From an uncultured Bacilli bacterium (lineage in GTDB: Bacteria > Bacillota_I > Bacilli_A > RF39 > UBA660): a stretch of DNA of 64,000 bases. A program made the position numbers and the translations under genes. This document shows positions 20,183 through 29,079 of this stretch, in pieces. Numbering within the stretch: the stretch's first letter is position 1; every line of letters begins with the position of its first letter. The notes beneath the pieces are model-generated. The model was given only the letters and a program-made list of their open reading frames with translations. It was not told the origin of the DNA and searched no databases. The stretch lies in contig CAKONI010000001.1 in NCBI GenBank assembly GCA_934097105.1, positions 7,204-71,203 of the forward strand, in the 5' to 3' direction.

Positions 20183-21591
20183 TATTTTATTTTTGATTTT
20201 ACTTTATCGCTTGAAATTCTAGTGTTGTTTGCTCCATCCATTCTGGAGTTTGTAAGTCTTGTTTTTTTCTTTATGAACTGGTCATATTTTTGCAGGTTGG
20301 TCATATTTGTTTTTGTTTCTGTTTCATGACCGTGTCTTGCTCCGGTGTTTCTATATTTAGCATAGATTATTCCGTAGTAGATGAAACCACTTGCTAGAAA
20401 TATATATGGCCAATCATTGTCATCGCTTAGAGTTAATAGCATTAATATTAATCCTAGAATTTCTACGAGTAGTGAAATTATTAATAGTTTTGGAATGTGA
20501 ATTGGTACACTTCCCATTGTTTCTTTTGTTCTTGCATTTACTGCAACATAATGGAGCATACTTTTTCCATTTTTCTTTTCTTGTCTATAACTATAAAGCC
20601 ATACTGGTAGATATGCTGATTTCCATGTTTGTCCTTTTATTTGTAAATCTTCACTGTTCCATTTTACTCCGCGATCGTATTGTGTTAGAGTTTTATTTGC
20701 GGTGAATCTTGCTATGTCTTTTGATTGGGCTAAGACTAGTTCTTCTAGGTCACTTACGTTTGTATCTCTTTTTTCTGATGTATAACCTTTTATGTAATTT
20801 GAGTCCCATTTTACGCAATTTTCAGTATCAAATGGCATAATTGAATTTATTATGTTTGTTGTTTTGTCGCTTGAGTTTGTGTTTAATTTGTCTTTGCTGG
20901 ATTCTACTGTTAAGCCTTCGATTGTGAGATCGAATTCTCTTTTTACATCGTATAAGTCAGCATCGTAGTATGTTGTTTCTTGGTCTCCATGTTTTTCAGT
21001 ATAACTTCTTACTTCGTGTTCTCCTTGGCCATTTAAACTGGCATGAGTGTTTTCATCTATAATCATGTAGGGAAAGTAAACTCCCATTACGTTTTCTGCT
21101 TTAAATTCTCTTTTGAATTTTGGATGAGCATAGAATTTTCTTTTTCCTACGAAGTCTTTTATTAGTTCTTTGGCATCGTTTTTTGTTAGTTTAAAGGGAA
21201 GAACTGTATCTGGTACGGCACCGTTTGGAAGTTTGTTGTTTATTGATAGTGTATTTCTGCACCAGTGACATCTTGATTGTGTGCTTGCTGAGGTGTCTAT
21301 TACGACTTCTGCTCCGCAACTGGTACATTTTAGCGTTAGCATATCACTTTCACTTGCTATTATATCTGTTGCACCACTTCCTATTGTTTTTCCTTCTAAT
21401 TTACTTAGGTCTTTTGTTTCTTGTTCTAGTTTTTCTGGGTCAAATTCGTGTCTACAAAAGTTACATCTAAGTTTTCCATTATTTGTATTTAATGATATAT
21501 CTGTTGCGCCACATTTTGGACATTTGGTTTGTCCGTCTATGGCATTTTTATTTGTTTCTTCTATCTTTACTTCTTCTTTATTTTCTTCCAT
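20182..21591 (-). CDS. Double zinc-ribbon membrane protein (YdjG-like)
   Basis: The N-terminus has two Cys4 ribbons: CPKCG..CNFC and CTSCG..CHWC. A large middle domain follows, then two C-terminal TM helices (IPKLLIISLLVEILGLILMLL..IFLASGFIYYGIIYA) and a basic tail. It starts 5 bp after the upstream gene. Confidence 0.65.
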   Translation of the reverse strand: MEENKEEVKIEETNKNAIDGQTKCPKCGATDISLNTNNGKLRCNFCRHEFDPEKLEQETKDLSKLEGKTIGSGATDIIASESDMLTLKCTSCGAEVVIDTSASTQSRCHWCRNTLSINNKLPNGAVPDTVLPFKLTKNDAKELIKDFVGKRKFYAHPKFKREFKAENVMGVYFPYMIIDENTHASLNGQGEHEVRSYTEKHGDQETTYYDADLYDVKREFDLTIEGLTVESSKDKLNTNSSDKTTNIINSIMPFDTENCVKWDSNYIKGYTSEKRDTNVSDLEELVLAQSKDIARFTANKTLTQYDRGVKWNSEDLQIKGQTWKSAYLPVWLYSYRQEKKNGKSMLHYVAVNARTKETMGSVPIHIPKLLIISLLVEILGLILMLLTLSDDNDWPYIFLASGFIYYGIIYAKYRNTGARHGHETETKTNMTNLQKYDQFIKKKTRLTNSRMDGANNTRISSDKVKSKIK

Positions 21592-21595
21592 GTTA

Positions 21596-22747
21596 CTACC
21601 CCAATAATTTCTTTTTTGCTTCGTCGAAATCTTCTTGAGAGATTACACCGTCGTCTAATAGTTTTTTCATTTTTGTTAATTTTTCATATGGATCTTCTTG
21701 AGCGTTTTGTGTATTATTTACTGGTTGATTGAATGCTCCCATGGCTGCTCCGGCGGCGTTTACACCCATTCCCATGAATGCCATGCCAGAACCTCCGTTT
21801 TGACCTGCTGCTTCGAAGCCACGTGCCACTGATTGTTGCATGAATGAGTTTCCTCTGGCTCCAGAAAGGGCATCTGCTTTTTTAACATCACTAAGTAATT
21901 TTTTAGTATCATCATCGTATTCTATTGCTGTTATAGCAACTTTTTCTATTTCTAAACCTCTATCTGATTTCCATTTGTAAGCGTCTTCAACTGCTTGTGA
22001 TAGACTTTGAGCGAATCCTATTTGGTCTCCTTGAATTTTTGTTATGCGGTTTCCTTTGCTTGGATCGTTTGTATAGTTTGAAAATGCTGCGGATAGGCTT
22101 CCTACTACTTCATTAAATAGTTGTTCTCCGGCGATGTTTTCCATGTCTGCGAAATCGAATACTTCGCTATCTGGTCTTAGGTATGATGCTGGTACGAATT
22201 TTTTTACAAATAAAATTGGGTCTACTATTTTTAATGTATATGTTCCGCGTGTTATTGCTCCGGCTTGTGTTCCTAGGAATGCATCATCCCAGAATATTTC
22301 TGATTGAGTTCCGAATCTGTTTCCTGGTATTTCTTTTAAGTTTACATAAAATACTTGTTGTTCTCCGCCAGGTACTCCACCGAATTTAAATCTTTCCCAT
22401 GATGTTTTTAGTGTTGATGATAAAATGCCATCTCCGGCGAAGAATGATTTTGAATTTTGATCATCACTTTTAAATGTGAAACCTCCTGGTTCTGTTATGC
22501 ATCCAGTTATTTCTCCATCTTGCATTGTTATTAGTGCTGTTCCTTCTGGAACGATAATTTTACTTCCATTTGTTATAATATTTTCTGATCCTTTTGTGTT
22601 TGAACCACGACCATTGTCAGTTCCTTTTTTTACTCCTGCATATAATCCTGCAGTTGCTGATATGTCTGTTCTTGGTCCGATAAAGTCTTTCCATTCATCA
22701 GCGAATGTTCCTCCGATTGCTCCGCTAAATGCTTTGATAAATCCCAT
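21596..22747 (-). CDS. YdjI/COG4260-family (SPFH-like, 'virion core protein'-annotated family) protein with C-terminal SHOCT domain
   Basis: The N-terminus FIKAFSGAIGGTFADEWKDFI..KIIVPEGTALITMQDGEITG parallels the Bacillus YdjI N-terminus (..VEWEEFRD..LIIRPGQDAVFLNNGRVEG). A Gly/Ala/Met-rich linker follows, and the C-terminus KLTKMKKLLDDGVISQEDFDEAKKKLLG is a SHOCT-type motif. Confidence 0.6.
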   Translation of the reverse strand: MGFIKAFSGAIGGTFADEWKDFIGPRTDISATAGLYAGVKKGTDNGRGSNTKGSENIITNGSKIIVPEGTALITMQDGEITGCITEPGGFTFKSDDQNSKSFFAGDGILSSTLKTSWERFKFGGVPGGEQQVFYVNLKEIPGNRFGTQSEIFWDDAFLGTQAGAITRGTYTLKIVDPILFVKKFVPASYLRPDSEVFDFADMENIAGEQLFNEVVGSLSAAFSNYTNDPSKGNRITKIQGDQIGFAQSLSQAVEDAYKWKSDRGLEIEKVAITAIEYDDDTKKLLSDVKKADALSGARGNSFMQQSVARGFEAAGQNGGSGMAFMGMGVNAAGAAMGAFNQPVNNTQNAQEDPYEKLTKMKKLLDDGVISQEDFDEAKKKLLG

Positions 22748-22958
22748 AATTTTTCTCTCCTTCTTTTTTTATTTTATTTGTTGAAATTATACATTTTTAG
22801 GAAGAATTACCACTTTTTGTGAGTATTTCCCTTTGTTTAATTTTAACCCTTTTAACGATTTAAGTATATATGTTTTTTGGCATAAAAGTCAATGGTATTT
22901 TATTACTTTGGGCATTATTTATATTAAAAATAGTAATACTGTGGTAAAATACTTATAG

Positions 22959-23600
22959 GTGATTGGAATGAATAAGAGAAAAAAAATAATTATTATTGAG
23001 GATCAAATTATTTTAAAGGATACGCTTAAAAAAGTAATTTCTAATTCATATGATGTTGCTGCGACGGCTTTGTCTGCGAAAGATATGATGGAACTGTGCA
23101 ATAAATATAAGCCTAATATTGTATTAACTGATATATGTACTCAGGAGGGTTTTAGTGGTATTAAAAATGGAAAAAAGGTAAAAGAAAAATATGGTAATTC
23201 TATAAAAGTTGTTGCAATGACTGGGATGCAAGAAATTACATTTTTGGATGAGGCTAAGAATGCTAATCTTGATGGGTTTATTTATAAGAATATTGATTCT
23301 GATACACTTCTTTCTATAATTGAACAAGTGCTTAGTGGATATAAATTGTTTCCTGATAATGTCACTGTTAAGAGAGAAAGTGCTAATTTAAAAAAACTTA
23401 CTAATAGGGAAATTAAGATTTTGACTCTTTTGTGTTCTGGCTTGGAACGTGAGGATGTTGCGGATGAGATTAATATAACGACTGGGACATTAAAGAATCA
23501 TATATCTTCTATTCTTAATAAAATGGAGTTTGATAGTTTGTCTAAGTTGCTAGTTTTTTGTGTTAGTAATGGTTATATTGTTCCAAATTTAAAAGACTAA
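22959..23600 (+). CDS. Response regulator, NarL/LuxR family
   Basis: REC domain (IIIIEDQ, phospho-acceptor in NIVLTDICT, conserved T in VVAMTG and K in FIYKN) plus a C-terminal LuxR HTH (LTNREIKILTLLCSGLEREDVADEINITTGTLKNHISSILNKM). The true start may be the ATG at 22968. Confidence 0.85.
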   Translation: MIGMNKRKKIIIIEDQIILKDTLKKVISNSYDVAATALSAKDMMELCNKYKPNIVLTDICTQEGFSGIKNGKKVKEKYGNSIKVVAMTGMQEITFLDEAKNANLDGFIYKNIDSDTLLSIIEQVLSGYKLFPDNVTVKRESANLKKLTNREIKILTLLCSGLEREDVADEINITTGTLKNHISSILNKMEFDSLSKLLVFCVSNGYIVPNLKD

Positions 23601-23619
23601 GTTTACCCTTTTTTTGTGT

Positions 23620-24741
23620 TTAAATTTCTATTTTTAATGTGAATTTGTTTTTATAATCTATGGTTAGAGTTCCATTTATTTCATTTAGTTTTCTTCTCAT
23701 TCCTTTTATTCCTTCATTTTCTTTTACTTTTTTTGTAGGGAGTGTGCCATCATTTGTAATAATCATTGTATTTTTGCTTATATCTATATTTATATTTCTA
23801 CTACCTCCATGAATAATTGCATTTGTTATGGATTCTCTAATTATTTCATAGAATATTTTTTGTATATTTTTTTCTTTAGAGAGACTCCCTTTTATATTAA
23901 TATTTATTTCTAATACTTTGTATATTTCTACTAATCTGTTTAGTTTTTTAGTATAATTCGTTTCTTTTTGATCTTCGGCAAATAGGTTATCTATCATGAA
24001 TTTTATGTCGTTGATGTTTGTTTTTTTGTTATTTAAGTAACTTTTGAATAGTGATAATCTATGTCCTAATAAATCATGGAATTCATTTTTTATTTTTGTA
24101 AGGTTTTTGCTTTTTTCTATTTGTTCTATGTTATTTAAGTTTTTTTGTATTTTTTTATTGTACTTTTTTATTTTTTTATTTTGGTTTTCATATTCTATAT
24201 TTAACTTATAGATATCTGTTATATCAATTGCCACTATTTCTTTATTGTTAAATGTTTTTATTTGCCATATTTTGTCTATACATTTTAGTAAATATTCTTC
24301 ATTTATTATTTTGAAAGATTTTTTTTGGAAGTTTTTTATGAAGTCTTTTTTTATATTTAATTCTTTTAAAATGTTTTCCATTGTTTTGTTTATTAGGAAA
24401 ATATTTTCTTTTTTATCTAGGAACATTATTCCATTATTTGATTTATCTATTGCATTCTTTATTGATAATATGGATATCATTTTTTTATTGTTTATAAGTT
24501 GTAATAAAAATGAAATTAGTACATATACAATAGTTATTATTGATGTCCAGTAGCAGAATTTGTTTATTTTGTTTGTGCTTGTGTAGTCCATGTTTATATA
24601 GCACGAGTAAATCATAAGTATTAGTATTAGTATTTCTATTAGTACTTTTGCTATATTTTTTTCTTTTTTTAATAAGAGTATGGAAACTCTATAAACTTGG
24701 AATACTAATGTGATTGATAATATGCCTATTATTAATCTCAT
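23620..24741 (-). CDS. Sensor histidine kinase, HisKA_3 (NarX/DesK/LiaS-type)
   Basis: Three N-terminal TM helices; H-box EFHDLLGHRLSLF; HATPase N-box ESITNAIIHGGS and G-region GIKGMRRKL. It is convergent with and 19 bp from the RR gene. Confidence 0.8.
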   Translation of the reverse strand: MRLIIGILSITLVFQVYRVSILLLKKEKNIAKVLIEILILILMIYSCYINMDYTSTNKINKFCYWTSIITIVYVLISFLLQLINNKKMISILSIKNAIDKSNNGIMFLDKKENIFLINKTMENILKELNIKKDFIKNFQKKSFKIINEEYLLKCIDKIWQIKTFNNKEIVAIDITDIYKLNIEYENQNKKIKKYNKKIQKNLNNIEQIEKSKNLTKIKNEFHDLLGHRLSLFKSYLNNKKTNINDIKFMIDNLFAEDQKETNYTKKLNRLVEIYKVLEININIKGSLSKEKNIQKIFYEIIRESITNAIIHGGSRNINIDISKNTMIITNDGTLPTKKVKENEGIKGMRRKLNEINGTLTIDYKNKFTLKIEI

Positions 24742-26255
24742 GATGTCACCTCTTTTTTTATTTTAAATGTTAGTTCTGTGTCAGTGTCATAGTTTTTCTT
24801 TATGAAATGTATGTTTTTGGGAAGTTTTGGTTTTTCTATTTTTGTTGTGCCTCCTATAATGAATTTTACTTTTATATTGTTTTTTTCTTCAGTTATAAAT
24901 ATAATAATACTGGTATTTTTGATGTTTTTTAGTGTTTCAAATGCTATATCATAAAGAAGCGATGTTTCATAACTTTGAATTTTTATTTCATTTGTTAAGA
25001 CTTCTCCGGTTATTTTTTGAAAGGAAAAGTCAGTAATTAATTCTTTTAGGAGAATATTTATACTTATTTTGTTATATGTTTCATTGTTTAACTCTGATAT
25101 AATAAGATAACTTTTTCTTTTACAGTATGAAATAAGCACTTTTATATATTCTAAATCTTGTTTCGTTAATTCCTTTTTATTTAGTATTTCTTTTGCTTCT
25201 GATTTTTTTTCTTTCATGTTATTTTCAAGTTTTGTTATTATTTGTTTTCTTAAGGTTATTTGGTATAATTCTTTTTTTATTTGTTCTTCATTTTTCAATT
25301 TTTCTTGAATTTTTAGTAGTTCTTTTTGTTTTGATTTTATTTCATTTTTTAATTCATTTATTTTTGTTATATCATTTCTTAGTAAAATATAACTATCTTT
25401 ATTGTGTATTAGATTATATGTTGTATTTTTTTCTTTGTATGTTTTTTGTGCTTTGTTATTTTTTAGGTCATTATATATGTTTTTTGGTATTTTGTAGAAT
25501 GATTTTGTTTCATAAATTGTGTCTATATTTTCTGATATTACAATCATGTCTAAATGGGAGTTTGTGAATGTTTTTTTATATTTGCTGTTACTGGATATTA
25601 GTCCTAAATAGAGGATGAGTTCTATTCCTAAGCATATTAGAGTGCTTAGTATTACTGATAGGTTACTTTTTCTAAATATTGGTAGACCTTTTATATAAAA
25701 ATATGTATAAAGGAGTCCTAGTACTAGTAATATTAGAGGTAAAAAGGCTTTCGGGGTGTTTTTTTCTTTTATTTTATTTATTGCTAGTTTTATTAGTCCT
25801 TTTCCGAATAGGTAAAAAATCCATATGCAAGTTATGTAATATCCTATGAAGTGGTTATAGTCGTCGAAGTATTCTTTTCCTTTTGGAAATTTGAAGGCAA
25901 GTTCGTGGATATCATTTGTGAGAATTAGTCCTAGTAAGAGAAATGAAATTGTGTAAATTATTATTTTTCTTTTTTTAGTTATTTTGTTTAGTAAATTTGA
26001 GATACAAATATAAAAAAGTGTTGGAGTAAAAATTAATGGTAAATAGTATAAGTACCAAAATAGTCTTTCGAGCTGGCTTGATGTTACTATTCCCTTTCCT
26101 ATTCTTATTAACATCCAAAAAATAATTAAGATACCGATTGACATGATGTATTTTTTTACTTTTTCATCGTATAGTTTATAGTATAGTCTAATTGTCCAGA
26201 AACTGAAGATAATTAGAAATATTAGTGTTTCTTGTAATTTTAGCATAAAATGCAC
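24738..26255 (-). CDS. Polytopic membrane sensor-like protein with degenerate kinase-like C-terminus
   Basis: About 7 TM helices in the first 230 aa, then a long Lys/Glu coiled-coil, then a C-terminal region laid out like the adjacent kinase. It lacks the H-box His and the N/G-box motifs. Its stop overlaps the kinase start (ATGA). Confidence 0.55.
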   Translation of the reverse strand: MHFMLKLQETLIFLIIFSFWTIRLYYKLYDEKVKKYIMSIGILIIFWMLIRIGKGIVTSSQLERLFWYLYYLPLIFTPTLFYICISNLLNKITKKRKIIIYTISFLLLGLILTNDIHELAFKFPKGKEYFDDYNHFIGYYITCIWIFYLFGKGLIKLAINKIKEKNTPKAFLPLILLVLGLLYTYFYIKGLPIFRKSNLSVILSTLICLGIELILYLGLISSNSKYKKTFTNSHLDMIVISENIDTIYETKSFYKIPKNIYNDLKNNKAQKTYKEKNTTYNLIHNKDSYILLRNDITKINELKNEIKSKQKELLKIQEKLKNEEQIKKELYQITLRKQIITKLENNMKEKKSEAKEILNKKELTKQDLEYIKVLISYCKRKSYLIISELNNETYNKISINILLKELITDFSFQKITGEVLTNEIKIQSYETSLLYDIAFETLKNIKNTSIIIFITEEKNNIKVKFIIGGTTKIEKPKLPKNIHFIKKNYDTDTELTFKIKKEVTS

Positions 26256-26398
26256 CTCATTACTGGATATTATAACAAATATTTTTTGCTTTTCAAATAT
26301 AAAGTGACTTTTGTCATTAAATATTTTTTTAAATTATATCTTTTGGCATATATACTAAAAACAGTAATTATTTTATAATAATTGTGAAAGGAGAGAAT

Positions 26399-27985
26399 AT
26401 GAAAAAAATTAAATTTTTGTTGCTTGTGGTAGCACTTTTTATGTCTTTCGGATGTATTAGTGTTAGTGCTGAGACTGGTAAGAAACCTGGGACGATTACT
26501 ACTAAGGAGGACCTTATATACTATATTTATTATTATGGTGGTATGGCTAGACTTGATGGTAATACTGTTAAACTAACTAGTAGTTTAGAACTTGCTCAAG
26601 AACTTTCATTTAATAACACTGAGAGTGTAACTTTGGATTTGAATGGTAATGGGATTTATTTTAGTGGATCTGATTCAAAGGTTATGATTTATGATAATGC
26701 TAAAGATGTTACTATAACGGATTCTAGTAATAGTGATAAAGATTACATAAGATCTCAAAGTAATTATGCTATTTACAATAGTTCTAGTGTGGGAGTTGTT
26801 ACTGTTTCTAATACTATGTTGGTTACTAATAGTAGTTTGCCTGCTATATATACTTATGGCTTTAGTAAAACTAATGTAGTTAATACTACTGTTAGAGGGG
26901 ATAATATTGGAATTGGTGCTGGAGCAAATTCAACTGTTTTTGTTAAGAACTCTAAAGTTTCTTTAGGAAATCCTACTGGTGAAGTTGGTATTGATCTTGC
27001 TAATTCTAATGTTACTATTACTAATTCTGATGTTAACGTTTATAGTGGTGCCACTAAGGGGATTGCTATTAAGAGTGAAGGTGATCGTTCTAATCTTATA
27101 ATTAATAGTGGCAAGTTTAATGCCTATAAAAGTGCTGTTTATGTTTCTGAGGGAAAAGCAACTATTAATGGTGGTTTATTTGAAAGTAATAATAATCATG
27201 CTTTTAGAACTTCTACAAATGCTGTAATTAATGGTGGCATATTTAAGAGCAATTGTATGGCTGGTGTACAAATTATGGGCGCTAGTACTAATGTTGTTTT
27301 AAATGAAGGTACTTTTATGGCTGGTTCATCTAGCGATATTGGAGGCCTTGCTCTTCCACTTGGTAGTGATATTTCTACTTATGTAGGAAAGACTAGTATT
27401 ATTGATAATGATTTTACTTTATCTAAAAATGGACTTTCTTATACTGAAAGTAAGGAAGTTAATATTTCATCACTTCCTAAGACAAAAAAGTTAAGTACTA
27501 CTACTTACACATATAATGGCTATGTTAGAGAACCTAATGTAACTGTTACTAATAATTTAGGTAAAAAATTAGTTAAAGGTACTGATTATAAATTAATATA
27601 TCAAAGTGGTAGAAAGTATGTTGGTAAGTATTATGTACAAATAATTTATTTAGGCAAGTATAAAACTTTAAAATCTGAGAAGTTATATTTTACTATTAAT
27701 CCTAAAGGGACTTATATTTCTAACCTATCTAGAGGCAAGAAACGTTTAACTGTTAAGGTTTCTAAAAGAACTTCTCAAACTACTGGATATCAAATTATGT
27801 ATTCTTCTAGTAAAAAGTTTTCAGGATATAAAACTGTTAAAATGACTAATAAGAATACTAGTAAAACTATTAAAGGTTTAAAATCTGGTAAGAGATATTA
27901 TGTTAAAGTTAGGACTTATAAAGTTTCTAATGGTAAGACATATTATTCTAGTTGGTCTAAAGTAAAATCTGCTGTTGTGAAATAG
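26399..27985 (+). CDS. Secreted beta-helix repeat protein with C-terminal Fn3-like/Lys-rich modules
   Basis: AAGGAGAG precedes the ATG at 26399. Signal peptide MKKIKFLLLVVALFMSFGCISVSA. Many T/S/N/V-rich ~22-aa repeats (TVSNTMLVTNSSLPAIYT..., NSTVFVKNSKVSLGN..., SNVTITNSDVNVYSG...) suggest a parallel beta-helix, and the C-terminus has Y.V.VR Fn3-like patterns. Confidence 0.6.
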   Translation: MKKIKFLLLVVALFMSFGCISVSAETGKKPGTITTKEDLIYYIYYYGGMARLDGNTVKLTSSLELAQELSFNNTESVTLDLNGNGIYFSGSDSKVMIYDNAKDVTITDSSNSDKDYIRSQSNYAIYNSSSVGVVTVSNTMLVTNSSLPAIYTYGFSKTNVVNTTVRGDNIGIGAGANSTVFVKNSKVSLGNPTGEVGIDLANSNVTITNSDVNVYSGATKGIAIKSEGDRSNLIINSGKFNAYKSAVYVSEGKATINGGLFESNNNHAFRTSTNAVINGGIFKSNCMAGVQIMGASTNVVLNEGTFMAGSSSDIGGLALPLGSDISTYVGKTSIIDNDFTLSKNGLSYTESKEVNISSLPKTKKLSTTTYTYNGYVREPNVTVTNNLGKKLVKGTDYKLIYQSGRKYVGKYYVQIIYLGKYKTLKSEKLYFTINPKGTYISNLSRGKKRLTVKVSKRTSQTTGYQIMYSSSKKFSGYKTVKMTNKNTSKTIKGLKSGKRYYVKVRTYKVSNGKTYYSSWSKVKSAVVK

Positions 27986-28005
27986 AGGTAATCCTCTATT
28001 TTTTT
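27983..28005 (+). terminator. Rho-independent terminator of the beta-helix gene
   Basis: TAGAGG-TAAT-CCTCTA hairpin followed by T7. Confidence 0.5.
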
Positions 28006-28016
28006 ATGTAAAAAAA

Positions 28017-28044
28017 AGTTATTAACAGTTTTTTGTTAATAACT
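28017..28044. terminator. Bidirectional hairpin terminator (palindrome copy B)
   Basis: AGTTATTAACA (28017-28027) pairs with TGTTAATAACT (28034-28044) around a GTTTTT loop. The arms are identical to copy A at 20156-20182. An A8 run precedes it. The ddl stop codon lies in the right arm. Confidence 0.5.
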
Positions 28045-29079
28045 CATTTCATTTTCTATTAGACTATTTACTAGTTCTTTGTTATCTATACCCATGCTTT
28101 CAAATAGTTGTGGATACATACTTATTTGAGTAAAGCCTGGTAATGTATTTATTTCGTTTAAATATATTTCGCCTTTTTCATCTAAAAAGAAGTCTATTCT
28201 TGATATTTCTTTGCAGTCTAAGGCTAGGAAGGCTTTTTTTGCTATTTTTTGAATTTCATTTTCTTGTTCTTTTGTAATGGATGCATGACAAGTTGTTTTT
28301 GAATCGTTGTTTTTATATTTTGAGTTATAATCATAAAATTCATTTGCTGATAGTATTTCTCCGACTGGAGAGGTTATTATTTCGCCCTTTTCTAGTATAG
28401 CGCATTCAAGTTCTTTTCCTGTTATGCCTTTTTCTATTAATATTTTTTTATCATATTTTCCTGCTAGAATAATGGACTTTTTTAATTCTTCTTCATTATT
28501 CGCTTTAGTTATTCCTATTGAGGAACCATAATTTGATGGTTTTATGAATACTGGAAAGCCTAGATCTTTTTTTACATTTTTTGAGATGTCTTCTAGTGAT
28601 GTTTTTGTTTGATTTAAGTTTTCATCTACGTTTGTGTACTCATTTTTTTCTTTTATTATGTATTTGTAAGGTGCTTGTTTTATTTTTGCTTGGTTTAAAA
28701 CTATTTTTGTATAGGCTTTATCCATTGCAAGTGATGAAGATAAAACTTTGCATCCTACGTATGGTATGTTTAATAGTTCAAATAGGCCTTGTATTGTGCC
28801 ATCTTCTCCGTATTTACCATGTAATACTGGAAAGATACAATCGAAGTTTTTTAAGTATTCTAGGACGTTTTCTATTGGTTTTAAATTTTCTAAGTTTTTA
28901 CCAAATTCTATATTATAATTGTTTGTTTCGTATTCATACCAGTTGCCTTTTTTGTCTATATAGATATTTGTTTTTTGATATTTTTCTGTATCTATATTTT
29001 TGCTAACGAATAGTCCTGAGGAAATTGATACTTCATGTTCTGTTGATTTTCCACCAAATATTATTGCTATTTTTTTCAT
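28036..29079 (-). CDS. ddl: D-alanine--D-alanine ligase
   Basis: 347 aa, MKKIAIIFGGKSTEHEVSISSG.., ATP-grasp fold; C-terminal ..YLNEINTLPGFTQISMYP. Confidence 0.9.
   Translation of the reverse strand: MKKIAIIFGGKSTEHEVSISSGLFVSKNIDTEKYQKTNIYIDKKGNWYEYETNNYNIEFGKNLENLKPIENVLEYLKNFDCIFPVLHGKYGEDGTIQGLFELLNIPYVGCKVLSSSLAMDKAYTKIVLNQAKIKQAPYKYIIKEKNEYTNVDENLNQTKTSLEDISKNVKKDLGFPVFIKPSNYGSSIGITKANNEEELKKSIILAGKYDKKILIEKGITGKELECAILEKGEIITSPVGEILSANEFYDYNSKYKNNDSKTTCHASITKEQENEIQKIAKKAFLALDCKEISRIDFFLDEKGEIYLNEINTLPGFTQISMYPQLFESMGIDNKELVNSLIENEMSY

Noticed and set aside
20156-28044. Identical palindromes considered as terminal inverted repeats of a mobile element
   Set aside because: There are no transposase or integrase genes, no target-site duplication, and no tRNA. 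Each palindrome is itself a self-complementary hairpin in terminator position. Reported as a finding about a shared motif, not as a mobile element.
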